A stretch of DNA of 64,000 nt from the NCBI GenBank assembly GCA_964016885.1, contig OZ024751.1, forward strand, positions 7,254,001-7,318,000, written 5' to 3'. The notes under the pieces are model-generated. The model made no database searches. It was not told the DNA's origin and was given only the letters and a program-made list of their open reading frames with translations. This document shows, piece after piece, positions 26,266-38,919 of the stretch (position 1 is its first letter; every line of letters starts with the position of its first letter). The stretch comes from Eledone cirrhosa. Taxonomy: Eukaryota. The translations under genes were made by a program, and so were the position numbers.

Positions 26266-26548
26266 TATAATAGTAAAAAAGAAAAAATAAGCGTAGAAAA
26301 TGCTAAAGGAATTTTCTCTCAGAATAACAGCCAATCATTTATTTACAAAATAGAAATTTCTGCATTATTCGTACCGGCTTCAGCTTATAGGTTTCCTCGT
26401 GCGACGGAAGTGTATATTGCATATGAACAAGAATACGAGGAAAAACTTTTTATATACATATATATATAGAAATGTTCACATTTTTTTTGTAATTTTGTCT
26501 TTCTCTTATATACATACATATATATACACACACACTATATATAACATT

Positions 26549-26971
26549 CTTTCTACTTTTGGCACAAGGCCAGCAATTACCCCAGTGCATTACTGCTGGT
26601 TTATTTATCGTCCCCGTAAGGACGCAAGGCAAAGCAAACTTCGGCGGAATTTGAACTCAGACCATAAAGGGCCGTAATTCTATGCTTCAAAGCATTGCGT
26701 TGGCCCTCTACCGATAGTGCCAATCCACCGCCATATATATATAATAATAATAATAATAATTTCTAGTGCAGGCACAAGGCCAGTTATTTGGGGGGAGGGG
26801 AAAGTCGATTAAATCGACCCCAGAGAATACTGGTGGTTTATTTTATCGTCCCCGTAAGGACGAAAGCCAAAGCGAACTTCGTAGGGATTTGAACTCAGAC
26901 CGAAAAGGGCCATAATTCTATGCTTCAAAGTATGGCACTGACCATCTACCAATAGTGCCAATCCTCCGCCA
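26549..26971 (-). mobile_element. Two adjacent tRNA-derived SINEs (26549-26732 and 26760-26971) separated by (AAT)n
   Basis: Both have GGCACAAGGCCAG...TTTATCGTCCCCGTAAGGACG...ATTTGAACTCAGACC...GTGCCAATCC-CCGCC. Confidence 0.85.
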
Positions 26972-27010
26972 TATATATAATAATAATAATAATAATAAAA
27001 AAATATGATA

Positions 27011-27332
27011 ATGCTTTCTTTATTAACCACAAGGGTTTACATAAAGTAGACATTAATGAGAGTACGGGGCAATACAGGACGGTACAAATGGGCTTTTCTG
27101 CGTGTAAAAAACAAAAACAGAGGATGTAACAAAAAATAACAATGAAAAAATCCCCAATAGGAGGGAGACTTCCGAGGAACATTCGTGGAGAAAGCCCATT
27201 AATAAGCAACTGTGACCCTGACCACCAGGACAAGTTCCCTCTCCCAGTTTTCCACCTTTAATTTACAGACACATATTCAAAGTAGGCCCATTCACTCGGG
27301 CCATTCTTGCTCTCTCACCCATCTTTCAACAA
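27011..27332 (-). mobile_element. Short 3'-end copy of the Tx1-like LINE
   Basis: Homologous to 27369-27632 (ATGCTTTCTTTATTAACCACAAGGGTTTAC...GTGACCCTGACCACCAGG...CCCATCTTTCAACAA). Confidence 0.85.
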
Positions 27333-27355
27333 TATATAAATATAATAATAATAAT

Positions 27356-30300
27356 GGTTTCTTTAAAGATGCTTTCTTTATTAACCACAAGGGTTTACAC
27401 AAAGTAAAATATTAAGTACAATACAGGACGGCACAAATGGTCATTTCTGCGAAACAAAGAAAAATTCCCCATTATGGGGTAGACTTGCGAGGGACATTCG
27501 TGCAGAAAGGCCATTAAAAAAGCAACGGTGACCCTGACCACCAGGGCAAGTGCCCTTCCGAGTTTTGCACCTTCAATTTACAGGCGCATAATCATTCGGA
27601 CCATGCTTGCCTCTCTCCCCATCTTTCAACAAAATGCTGGGAAGAGAGTATTTCCTTCCCTACCCTGCTTTTCCTTTTCAATTGAAATTGGAAAAAGTTA
27701 ATCAGGGCATCACTGAAGAGGTAAGTGCTCGTCTTCAGCCCTTTCAAATGCGTCCACCACACTATCTCTTTCGCCATGGCCACCAGACAGACACAACCTT
27801 CCTGTCCTTCCCGGATAAAGAAAGAGGGTGGGGACATCCTCAAGATGGACTCAGCTGATAGCCGGATCCATCCTACACGCGACAGCAGGTGTTCGACATA
27901 TACACACAAGTTAGCAATGCTTGGACACTGGACGAGTACGTGCAGTACGGTTTCGTCGCCCTGTGCGCATCTTGGGCACTCCCGACTGACGGCACTTCCA
28001 TGCCTGTAGAGTTTATCCCGAACTGGCAAAGCTCCAGGGTAGCACTGCCAGGCCAGGGATTTCTGGAAGTTGTCCATACGCCCCGGCCCAAAAGTTCTCC
28101 CTAACAGATTGGCTAGTTGATTTTCGTCGACACCCAGAGTCTCGCCAAGTACGCCGTCGCTCTTCCCCTCCACTAATTTTCGATAGAACGCCGAGGTGAA
28201 GTTTCCACTGATCGCATTGCCTGACTGGTTGAGGGCTGTGAGGGCCTGAATACATTCCAGTCTCCAAGCACTCACTCTCGGTCTTCGCTTGACCCAGGAC
28301 TGCAGCTCCGTTAAGGAGACGAGCTGGGGAACACGCTTCTAGAAACGGGGACCACACCGCGGACCACACCACAATGGTGACCAGGCCACATAGCCTGAGC
28401 GCGTGTCTGCGCATCATCAGCCACGGCGTACCCAGCCCTCCACGTAGCGGGTGTTGACAGAAGATGGCTCGCCTGACCATCGGAGCGCGTCCCTTCCACA
28501 AAAGACAGAAGAGCAAACGTTCCAGCGCAGTCAAACGAGGCTTAGGACATGGCAGAACGGTCAGGCGGTAGTCGATGATGGACGTGAAGTACGCATTGGC
28601 CACTTCCGCTCGACCTTTCAGGGATAGCTGCCTCTCTGCCCATTTCGGGGTGAGAGAAGCGACCTTGCTCGTTACCTCTGGAGGTCCAGAACAAACCAGG
28701 CTCCTATCAATTTAACCGGTCCGTCCGCCCAGCTCCCGACGACGCTGTTGGAAGGCATAGACCTGCCTCTCCGGGGGCCGAGCTTCAGGCCCACCGACTT
28801 TTCCTGTCACCGCCTCGTATTCTCTTAGTGTAGTGCTGATCGCCTTTATGCGTTTGGCGCTCGACACCACTACGGTGATGTTGTCTGCTTATGCCGACAC
28901 GGATCTTCCGCATCCCAGTCCGCGCGGAACCCCCCTCGACGTCTCCAGTTTGTGCAGTAGTGGCTCGAGAATCAATACGTACAAGAGGGATGAGAGGGGA
29001 CAGCCTTAGCAGACCAAGCGCATGATGTTGAACCCTTCCGAAAGGTAACTGTTCACTCTCAACACAAAAAAAGTCGTTGTGCAATGCAGCGATCCAGCCT
29101 CTGAAGACAGGCCCAAAGCCAGCCGACCTGAGGACTGCTGCCATATAAAGATGGTCGCCCTATCGAAAGCGTTCGACTGATCTAAATTGATCACGAACCC
29201 ACTCGTGCCAGGTTCCCTAGCTACCCTATCCACGATGTATCGCATGAGGTGGAGGTTGTCGTGGATGGATATGTCTGAAATGGCGCATGTATGCGCCTCT
29301 CCCACCAGACCACCATCGACAAGCGCCAACCTCTTTGCTATCACCTTGGCCAAAATTTTGAGCTGTAAATTTAGCAGAGTTACGGGCCTGGAATTATCTA
29401 TGTTAGCCCTCTTGTTTGCATCCCTTTTCAGCAGCCCACCGCTCCTCGGCTCACAGAGCTGGGAATTCCCCTGTTATGTTGCCAGTTGCACTAGTCGTCC
29501 GCCAAGAAGCCTCCTAACAAGTCTGGCATCTGTACGTGAAATTCATAGGGCAGACCATCCAAACCAGGCGATTAACCCTTTGTGCAGCCAGTCATTGCCT
29601 CCCGTACTTCAGCGGCTGTTATTGGCTTTTTGCAACACTCCGCCTCAGTGGCCGAGAGCCGCGGCAGTCTGTCGAGTTAGGCCCAAAGTCAATCCCTGGA
29701 TCCGGCACGCTGCCCCCGAACAACTGAGCGAAGTGTCGCTGAAACGCTTCACACATTTTTCCCGGGATCGAGTAGCATGCGCCCGTCGTGGTCCACCAAA
29801 ATCCGGATCGTTGCTTCGTTGTTACGACGCGCTTCCGCCACTAAGGGCCATTGAACAGCTTTCGTCCCCTCGTATCTGAGAGCACGCACCCTAGCTCTGA
29901 CAACGCAGCCTTAGTTCTTTGCATTGAAGAATTGGTCAAGAGCCAATTTCACCGCAAGTACGTCGGTCACGATGCCTTTATTAAGCACCTCGTCTAATTT
30001 TCTAACTAGTTCTCCCCCTGCTCTCTGTTTCTCTATTGCTAAAGCCTTACTAAACCTAATGGACTCTATTCTAATTGCTCTTTTCAGAGCAAACCACCAT
30101 TTGTTGTTGACGATGGCCCCCCGTCAGCACCCGCTTAACTAGTTTTGCTAATCCGGTCTCTGTAGACCTTGCGTGCTGCTAACGACGCGTTTAGCTTCCA
30201 GTAGCCGGCTCCTTCTCTATGAAGCCTATCTACATCAACCTCACAGATCACGAAATTGTGGTCCGTGTAGTCGACTGTTTTGAAATATGGACAGCCTATG

Positions 30301-33103
30301 CTAGACCTATCTATTTCCCTACAAATACCTTATCTAGATATGATCAGGATGACCTGGTGCGGCTTGTCCATGTCCACATTGGCACGTTCGGGAAATCCAG
30401 ACGGAACCTGTCAGGCAGTTGAAATCGTCTGAGCAGATTTGCGAGGCTTTTACACCCTCTTCCCGTATCCGCTAATCCCACACAGTCCCAGCGTGCATCT
30501 AAGATCCCGTTCCAGTTGCCCACTAACATTAAAGAGCGGGGGGTTCCAAGAAAGGTCTCCACACGCCGAAAGAAATCAGGCCGCGCTGCTCCTGTCGGGG
30601 CATAGACGGCGACCAGCCTGAATGCTTGCCTGTCTCCGCTGGTCACGTCCAGCAACATCAACTTACCTTCTGGGTCCAGGAAGATGGCCCGTATGACGAG
30701 ATACAAACCTCTCTGAAAAAGCACACCAACTCCTCTCCTCCCCCGATCCTGGACGGCTGGGAGATGCGTATGCATCGTAGCCGCCGAAGATCGGTGCGAA
30801 GACTCGAGCTTCGGAGATTCTTGTCTCGCTGATGGCCACCACATATATCTTTTGTGACCTGAGGTCGTTGAGCAGGTGACCCTTCTCCCATGACGACCTT
30901 GGGTTACGCGCATTTATGCTGCCTATTCTGAGTGAGGTCATGTCGAAAAGGTGTGGCAAAAGATGTGAAAGAGCACTTACCTCACATATCGTAGAGGAAG
31001 GATGGTTTCTCCATCTTCCTCATTGCTTGTGGCCTCCTCCGGAAGGATGTCCTTATAAATCCTCCTGGAGAGTGTTTTTCGGAAATCTCCGATGTCCTTG
31101 GGATGGTGTTTGTTTTAGTGTAGTGCACGTTGTCTGCGTGATGCGAGTGATATATATGTGTGGAGGTGGTGTGAATTTTTGGGGCGTTGTGTAGTCTTTT
31201 TCTGTGATGCTGGTGATGTGTTAGATGTAGTGTATTAATTGGTTGTTCAAATGTAATGCTGCGCAGTGTGTATAATTTTGGTTGTTTTGTTTTGTTCGTG
31301 TTTGTTGTGGGTTTGTTTCTGTTTCCCTTGTTGGTGATTTTTGTGGTGTTGGTGATGGTGGTTGTGGGGTTAATGATGCTGATGGTGTTGGTGTTTGTGG
31401 TGATGGGGCTGATGATGCTGGTGTGGGGGTGGCATGGCTGTCTTAACTTTTTTGTTTGTTTGATTATTTGTTTCCCCCTGTATTTTGTTTTTGGAGGGCG
31501 AAGGAAGAGATGTTTTTCTTTTTTGGTTTCTTTTTTTTCTTTTTCCCTGATACTATTTCCCTCTCCTCCTCATCGTCACACTCTGTCTCCAATTGGGATA
31601 TGTCGGGGAGTGGAAAATCCTCCACAGGAGTTGGTTTTGTTTGTCGCGTGGTGGATGGTGGAGGCATTGGTGTTAATCCTGGCGTGATCGGTGGTGGTGG
31701 TATTGGTTTTGCTACCGTTGCTGGGGTTGTTGCTGCTACAGTTGCTTCTGTTGTTGCTGCTACCGTTGTTGCTGCCATTTCTGCCGCTTGTGGTTTGATG
31801 GTTGAGTCACTGTCGTTGGTAGGAGAGGTGGCATCAACTTTTTAGCTTGAGGGCAGAAATCCTTTAGATGGATTCCTTCACGACAAACAACACATCTAGG
31901 CCTTCTACCCTCAACGATTAAGGTGAGGTGGCTGCCGTCATTGAGGTCTATCACCTCTGGAATTTCCCTAATGTCTTTTTGTCCGCTTGGATCAGGAGCT
32001 CCATCCCAAATCCGGACCAGTTCTCCTGCTTTTCTTTTGTTACCTCAATTATTTTTGTGTTGCCCTCGATGTCGTTGAAGACAGCAGCCATTAGCCAGGG
32101 AATTTCGATGGCCGGAGAAACGTGGGTCACCCTGATCTTCACGAGTCTCTGATAACAATAGCTTGGGACGAGTGTAATGGGGCCATGGAGTGCTCTCAGG
32201 CTTCCTGTGGGGTTCCAAAGAACACGGTCACGGTTCCATATTTCTGCCCACGTCTGATGCTTTTTCTTTTCGCCCACACATGTCCCAAAGCTTTTTGTAT
32301 GTGGGATGCCCGTTCCACTCGGCGTCATTTTGTGTTTATCGTCCGATATGACACGGTGCATAGGCGCCGATGCTCCATTTTATTACATGGTGGTGTGTGG
32401 CTGACCCTGTAACGATCTTTGTTTACCATTCTCTTGGCTTCATTTAATTCACCCTGGCTTACCTCGATTGTTTCGCTTTTCTTGGCTGCTTTGGCAAACG
32501 ACACATTTTGTTTTGCGCTGGTGTTGATGTTGTTGTTATTCTTATCGTTGTTCTTGTTGCTTTTGTTGTTATTGTTATTTTTAGATTCGGTTGTGGTGGT
32601 GATGGTGGTGGTGGCAGTGGTAGTGTCAGTGGTATTCGGCGTAGAAGAGTCGAGATCATGTTTTTTTTTGTTTCTGTTGTTGCTGTGGTGGTGGTAGGGG
32701 TGGCGGCTTTAAGACCTGCAGTTATTGGTAATGGCAGGAAATGAATGTCTGCATGTGACAAATTAAAATTATTGCCGCTGCTTATATGTTTAGTGTTGGC
32801 AACCGTACTAATGTTTACAATGGTGGTGTTGGTGTGAGGTGTTAGTTTGTGAGGAAGGCTGTCAGTGTTGTGTGGCTGAGAGCCGTCCATGGTGTTTTCA
32901 AAGAAAGTTTTTGTTTGATAATTATAAAAGTTTAAATGTTGGGCTCAAGGCCCCATATTCTTTAGTGTCCTTTTCAGAAAACAATATATGTGAACTTATA
33001 AACACTTAACAACAAAAATGTTCCATAACTGCCAATTTGAAACAACTAAAAACAACAAACCTTTGTGGAGCTCACGATCATACGATTTCCTACGTAGGTC
33101 GCC
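27356..33103 (-). mobile_element. Near full-length decayed Tx1/L1-clade LINE (ORF1 with CCHC knuckle; ORF2 APE-RT-zf-RVT)
   Basis: ORF1 from 32890 includes RRPRCVVCREGIHLKDFCP. ORF2 from ATG 30941: LRIGSINA...AISETR, LVAVYAP, AKVIAKRL, LDQSNAFDR, LPVRDKLYRHG...CPRC. Flanked by (AAT)n on both sides. Confidence 0.9.
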
Positions 33104-33138
<35 letters not shown>

Positions 33139-33785
33139 CACAGAGGAGGAGTCCGTTCATATGACCTTTGGCATTCAATGTATGTATATATATTATTTGG
33201 CCACTGGAATAATAGTGTGTTTACAAATTCCGTGACAAATCATAAGGCAACAATTACTTCATATAAGCCACATTAGTGTTATAATACATTTCTTTGCCTA
33301 GCCCCTTGGCATTCTTAAGTAATGTTATATAAATCTCCAACTAATATATATTAAATACAGCCTACAGGTATTTCGGTCTTACATTAATGACATTTCAGTA
33401 ACGAGGCATTTTACTACTTAACTGTTTGATATTTAAACTCCCACATTGATACAAGATGTAACATTAAACAATTGCATATATATGCAGAAAATGTTCTAAT
33501 GCGATTTAGATGTCTTTCCGAATGTTATTAGCTTCTCTGCATCTCATAAATATTTAATGCGTGTAAGGTATTTAGTTACGTTAAAATTATTATGAATTAG
33601 TTGTGGTTATACATTGAATACACAAACATTCTATTTTCCTATTTCGACGCAAGTAACTATACGAATCAATGGTTTGCCTGTTATACTTCTACTTAGTCAC
33701 TGGCCCATTGAATGCCAGTATATAAGCCGCCTTATAATAGAATCATAAATGAAAATATTCAACAATAATATGCAAATAGCATGCC

Positions 33786-33925
33786 TCAAGGCCAGCAATT
33801 TGAAGGGGAGGGGAAAGTCGATTAAATCGTAAGGATAAAAGGCAAACAAATCTCAGCGGGATTTGAACTCAGAAGGTAACTCTATGTCACTCAGCTTGTT
33901 GTCCGATGCTCTAACGATCCTCCCA
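33786..33925 (-). mobile_element. tRNA-derived SINE, internally deleted
   Basis: CAAGGCCAGCAATTT...GTCGATTAAATCG...GGATTTGAACTCAG. Confidence 0.7.
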
Positions 33926-34739
33926 AATAAGTTTAAAATCTGGATATAATTTATTTCAATATTCCTTGATATAACTATTTTTAATGTATTTTTAACGCGC
34001 CAAGAACATTTTAATTATGTACGAAATATTTTGTAATGAGGACTATCTTACTTTCCGTTACTCGGCTTCAATCCAATCAGACTACGAACCAATAAGTGCT
34101 CCAGAAATAATATGTATTGCAATATAAAATATGTAGCTGAGTGTTTAATGATATATCTTACTCAGAGAATTTTATAATCAATTAATATTTCTGTATTTTA
34201 TTTTTAAAACTGTTAAGCAAACGTAACTAACTGATATTACAATTCAATAATATATATAGAATTAGATATTGAAGTGTAAAGAAACTATATTTCAAAATAC
34301 TTATTATTTCCCTCGGTATGTGCGTCTACAAATATATCTGCATTCATGAAAAAAAAACCGGCTCTTGTGTATCTCTATATTCACACAAGAGATATGTAAG
34401 GTAAGCAAACATCTAATGACTTGCACCATATTTATAGTACCCTGACCATACCTTCATAGAGGTGTTCTCATGACAATCTGACAAGTGTGTCTCTATTTCA
34501 CTTATCAAATATATACATCTCTGAGAATGAAACTTTGATAGCTCAAAATCATTTAATAAAATATAAGTTTGAACAGAATTGACCACAGTCGAAATGTAAT
34601 GGTTAGCACCGATTTTCCTGGTAACAGTCATGTCACAAATTAAAATCATTTATGGAGAACTATTTCTGTATTCACATGTGAATAATATAACCCCATGTCT
34701 CTCTAAAGTATCCATATTAATGACTTCTTCTTCATCGCT

Positions 34740-35280
34740 CAGTTATTCCTGAGAGGCGCATGGGAGCTGAGTCCTCAAATATTCCTTCCAGCGGGTCCCG
34801 TCAGAAGAAGCCATCTCCAACTGATACAGTTGCATCCCCAAGCGAGACCAGCCAAGCACATGGATGTTATCCAACCATCTTGCTATGGGTCTACCCCTGG
34901 GCCTCCTAACTGTTCGTTTTTCTCGCAAAATCTGTTCAGCGATTCTTTCCTGAGACATTTTCCACATGTCCACAGTATCGGAACGGTGATCTCTCAATTC
35001 AGAGAAGTAGTGGATCTATTTGGAGTCATTCTCTTTTCAGCTAGCTACGCACTTTATCGAGTAACGTTACCCTAAAGACCCTTCGGAAGAATCATATTTC
35101 GGCCACTAGTAATCGCGATCGTATTCTTTCGGTGTTTACTCAAGATAAATGACTATAGGTATGGTTTGGCACGAATACCGAATTGAAGATAGCGAGTTTG
35201 GCTTTTACGCCTACCTCCCTTCTGATTACTGAATGCTGAACCTGGCGTAATACTGAAACAGCTTCTGCAATTCTTGTATT
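34740..35280 (-). mobile_element. RTE-like LINE 3' fragment
   Basis: RIAEQILREK...RRPRGRPIARWLDNI..LGWSRLG; homologous to 38358-38590. Confidence 0.7.
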
Positions 35281-37170
35281 CCATCACTCATTCCATTACC
35301 AAAATTCCCTCATTCAATAGAATGATGCATTATAAATGCTATGAATGGAGATTAAACAATATTTGAAATATATATGAACATGACTGCCGTTATTTCTAAA
35401 CAGCAATTTTTAGAGGAGAGGAATAGAATATTAGATGAGACCATTGTGATATAGTTACTGTGTAAAATAATCCCGAGCAATACAGAATTTGAAATATTTT
35501 TAAATTGACTACTGAAATAATATTTCCCTCTCACGCACAAATGTCAAAAACTCATTTTGATTCCCGAAGTGGGTTTGTCTTTTCATTCGTGAGCAGTGGA
35601 CAGTAATCATCTAGAAAATAATAACTTAGGGAATTTCACTCGCACCAAGGACTGTCCTTAGAAATGCATTCATTTCAACATCAAATAATCTAACAGAGAG
35701 ACGCCTTGTTTTGTAATCTAAATAAAAATCAATTTAGATGAAATATTGAGAACCGTAAATGTTATTGAAAATGTTACATAGGGCGTGCGATATCGTCATT
35801 TTGTTGCTAGAATTTAATAAGTTGAATCATGGCATGTTTTACGATGAAGGTGAATTGTGATATCTCACTCGTTCTAGACACATGTATTTAGAAATATGCT
35901 TGTCTGTAATTGTGTTTGTGTATTAACATGTGTTTTATGTTTGTTTGAATGAGATATCGAAAATATTTCAATCCCATATTACCTCTCACGTGTCACTGGA
36001 GTTTTAGAATCGATTCATGCATATATGATAAGGTTGTAGACTACTAAATAGCTTAACGTAAGGAAACAACGCGCAAATACGTATGACACAGTTTACCATT
36101 GTTAAAGAAAAACATTAGATAACGTCACACTAGATACACTGTGTCTGAAAGAAATTACCTAATGTTCACGGATGAAATGCTGTGTATCACAGATATTCAT
36201 AACCAGATATTACGTGGCTTAGCAACGAGAAAAGACACGAGCACCTGCATTCGTTTTCTATCGATATCGCTTGTAACATTAGCACGCTATCACCTGGACT
36301 AAAATTAGGTATTCAATATATCATTTATTCAAAAATATTTAGCGATGACATGGTAAATAATAATACATGAAACTTTAACTAACATGTATTAACCTTGATG
36401 GTGTACCCTCATATAGGAATATATTGTAACTGCTAATTTTAATTAAAATGTGCTAGCATGTTTCCCCTCAAGTAATAGTCATCTTCTTTGATCGCTAAGT
36501 ATCTGCATTGTTTCTAAAACTATGAGAGCTATGATTGGGTTGATAAACAATGACAAAATAATTCGGGTTTTAATTAAATTAAACCTCTTAGAATCTTAAA
36601 TAAATCCGAGAGCTTAGGCTAAATCAATCTAATGCTGGAATGTTGCCAACATTTTCTCCAATCATTTGAGTTGCAAATTTCTTTCCAAATATTGAATTAA
36701 TCAATGGATTGCAAGAAATATTTCTGAATGTGTGTTTATTCATTACAATTGTAAGCATTAGCCTTTCATCTAAATTACATGATTCAAGATTTTTCTCTTT
36801 TACTAATTTTACATTTTGTTCTTGTATGTCATGTCGTTTTTGCATGTTAATCTCTTTTCCACCACCAATGTTTACATTCTATCTCATTTAATGAACAATA
36901 CACAGTAGATCCACTTATAAACATCAAGCCAATATCTTTAAAAAAATTATTTTAAAACAGTTGAATCAGTTTTTCAAATATTTCATTATTGATTTCGTTT
37001 TTCCTTTCCAAAGAACAACTCTAGTATTTTGAAAACTTCTTTTTAAACATGTATTAGAGAGATAGAGAGAATTGGGTACGTTCATCATAGGGTGGGGCTG
37101 GGGGTGGATTGTGGGGGGTTTATTGACACTGCAATAGGCAAACATGGTTATTATTTGACTATTTGTACAC

Positions 37171-37800
37171 AGGGCGGTGGATTGGCAGTATCGGTAGAGC
37201 GTCGGATACCTTGCCTTTCATCCTTATGGGGTCGATAAAATAAAGTACAACTAACGTACTGGGGTCGATTTAATCGACTTTCCTCTTCCCCCAAATTACT
37301 GGCCTTGTGCCTATAGTAGAAATCCTTATTTTACTACTAGTCAGGGCGGTGGAGTACCAGTATTAGTAGAGTATCAGGCACCATGCTGTGCCGCATACTG
37401 TTCCGGCACTTTACGTTCTGATTTCAAATTCTGTCGGGGCTAGCAATGCCATTTATCTTTGCGGGTTCGAATATATAAAGTACTAGTAACGCACTGGGAT
37501 CGATTTATCGAATATCTTCTCCCCATAATTAGAAGACATTATGTTACATCCTTACGGGGTCGATAAAATAAAGTACCAGTAATACACTGGATTAAGTGCT
37601 GGCCTTGTGCGAAAAGTAGAAACAATTATTTTACTAAAGCTATCGATAGAGGGTGGGAAGCCATGCTTTGCACCATAGAGTTACGTCCCTTGCGGTCTGA
37701 ATTTCAAATGCTGCCGAGGTTAACTTTGCCTGTCACCCTTACTATACCAGTAATGCATTGGGATAATTGCTGGCCTTGTGTCAAAAAGTAGAAACAATTA
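37171..37800 (+). mobile_element. Cluster of four same-orientation tRNA-derived SINE copies or fragments
   Basis: Repeated GGGCGGTGGA..., GGGGTCGATAAAATAAAGTAC and TGGCCTTGTG...AGTAGAAAC at about 37171-37325, 37343-37520, 37546-37625 and 37640-37800. Confidence 0.8.
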
Positions 37801-37831
37801 TATTACTAAAGCTGATACTACTGCAGTGGTT

Positions 37832-37835
37832 GCTG

Positions 37836-37887
<52 letters not shown>

Positions 37888-37942
37888 TACTACTACCGTC
37901 ACCACTATGACTACTATTACTAGTGCTGCTGCTGCTACTATT
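37832..37942. repeat. (CTA)n/(CTG)n trinucleotide repeat
   Basis: Direct reading. Confidence 0.95.
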
Positions 37943-38357
37943 ACCCGAGCACTGCTGCGGTATCTTAACAAAGTGGGGACATACTACGACGTCAGAAGTT
38001 TTAGGGTGATATCCAAAATCGTTATACTTTAGATATGATAGCATTAGACCAGTCTGTGTATATGAAGCCGGTATTATATTGCAGGGGAGTAAGTATACAG
38101 AAATGATATATATCGAAAACTCGCAAACGTCTCCGAGGGGAAACATTAATCAGTGTTAGTTCATTATGGTTGTTAAATCCCCCCTTTTTTAGCGTTTAAA
38201 GCGACGTGTGTGTAGGGTGCAGCCAAAGGGAAATATTGAAGCTACCCTGTATCTAATTGCTGAAGAGAGATATGGAAAGAGCGAGAGGGACGGAGCTGGT
38301 GATTATACCACCATTTCTGAAGTATTTTGTAGTTAAATATATCGTTAAAAACCCACA

Positions 38358-38590
38358 ATTTATTGTTTCCGAATTGAGAGATCACAGCTCCGATACTATG
38401 GGCATATGTGGTTAAAATGTATTAGGAAGCAATCACTGGACAGATTTTATGGGCGAAACCAAAATGTAGGAGAGCTAGAGGTAGTCCCCGAGCAAGAAGG
38501 TTGGTTAACGTCCATGAGTTCTGTTGGTCTCGCTTGGAGATCCAGCCGGACCAGTTGGAGACGGTTGCTTCTGACAGGACCACCTGGGGA
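38358..38590 (+). mobile_element. RTE-like LINE 3' fragment (same family as 34740-35280)
   Basis: GAATTGAGAGATCAC...GATACTATGG...TCTCGCTTGG...CAGTTGGAGA...GCTTCTGAC is shared with the reverse complement of 34740-35000. Confidence 0.6.
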
Positions 38591-38919
38591 AAAGTGTTTC
38601 AGAGCGATTTTACTCCTATTTCGAGTTTTCATGCTTTTAACATTTTGTTTGAGTAACTTCTAAAGCAATGAAAAAATGTCATATGTTGTTAATAATGAGA
38701 CAGCCTATCGTACACGTTATGATAAAGAATGAGTTGTTTTCCTCTACTGATGTAATTGATTTCATTCCTGGCTACTTGGCTTGGTATCAGTGACAGTTTC
38801 GGATATATATTATTTTATGGTTCTCTTTCATCTTTTATGTGCGACGTTATTTAGTTAGGACTGGGTGCAAGTGTGAATACCGCAGGAGATAATTAGTGTA
38901 TATATATATATATATATTA

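Noticed and set aside
36624-36845. 73-aa minus-strand ORF in unique sequence
   Set aside because: No recognisable domain or convincing splice signals; the length is compatible with chance.
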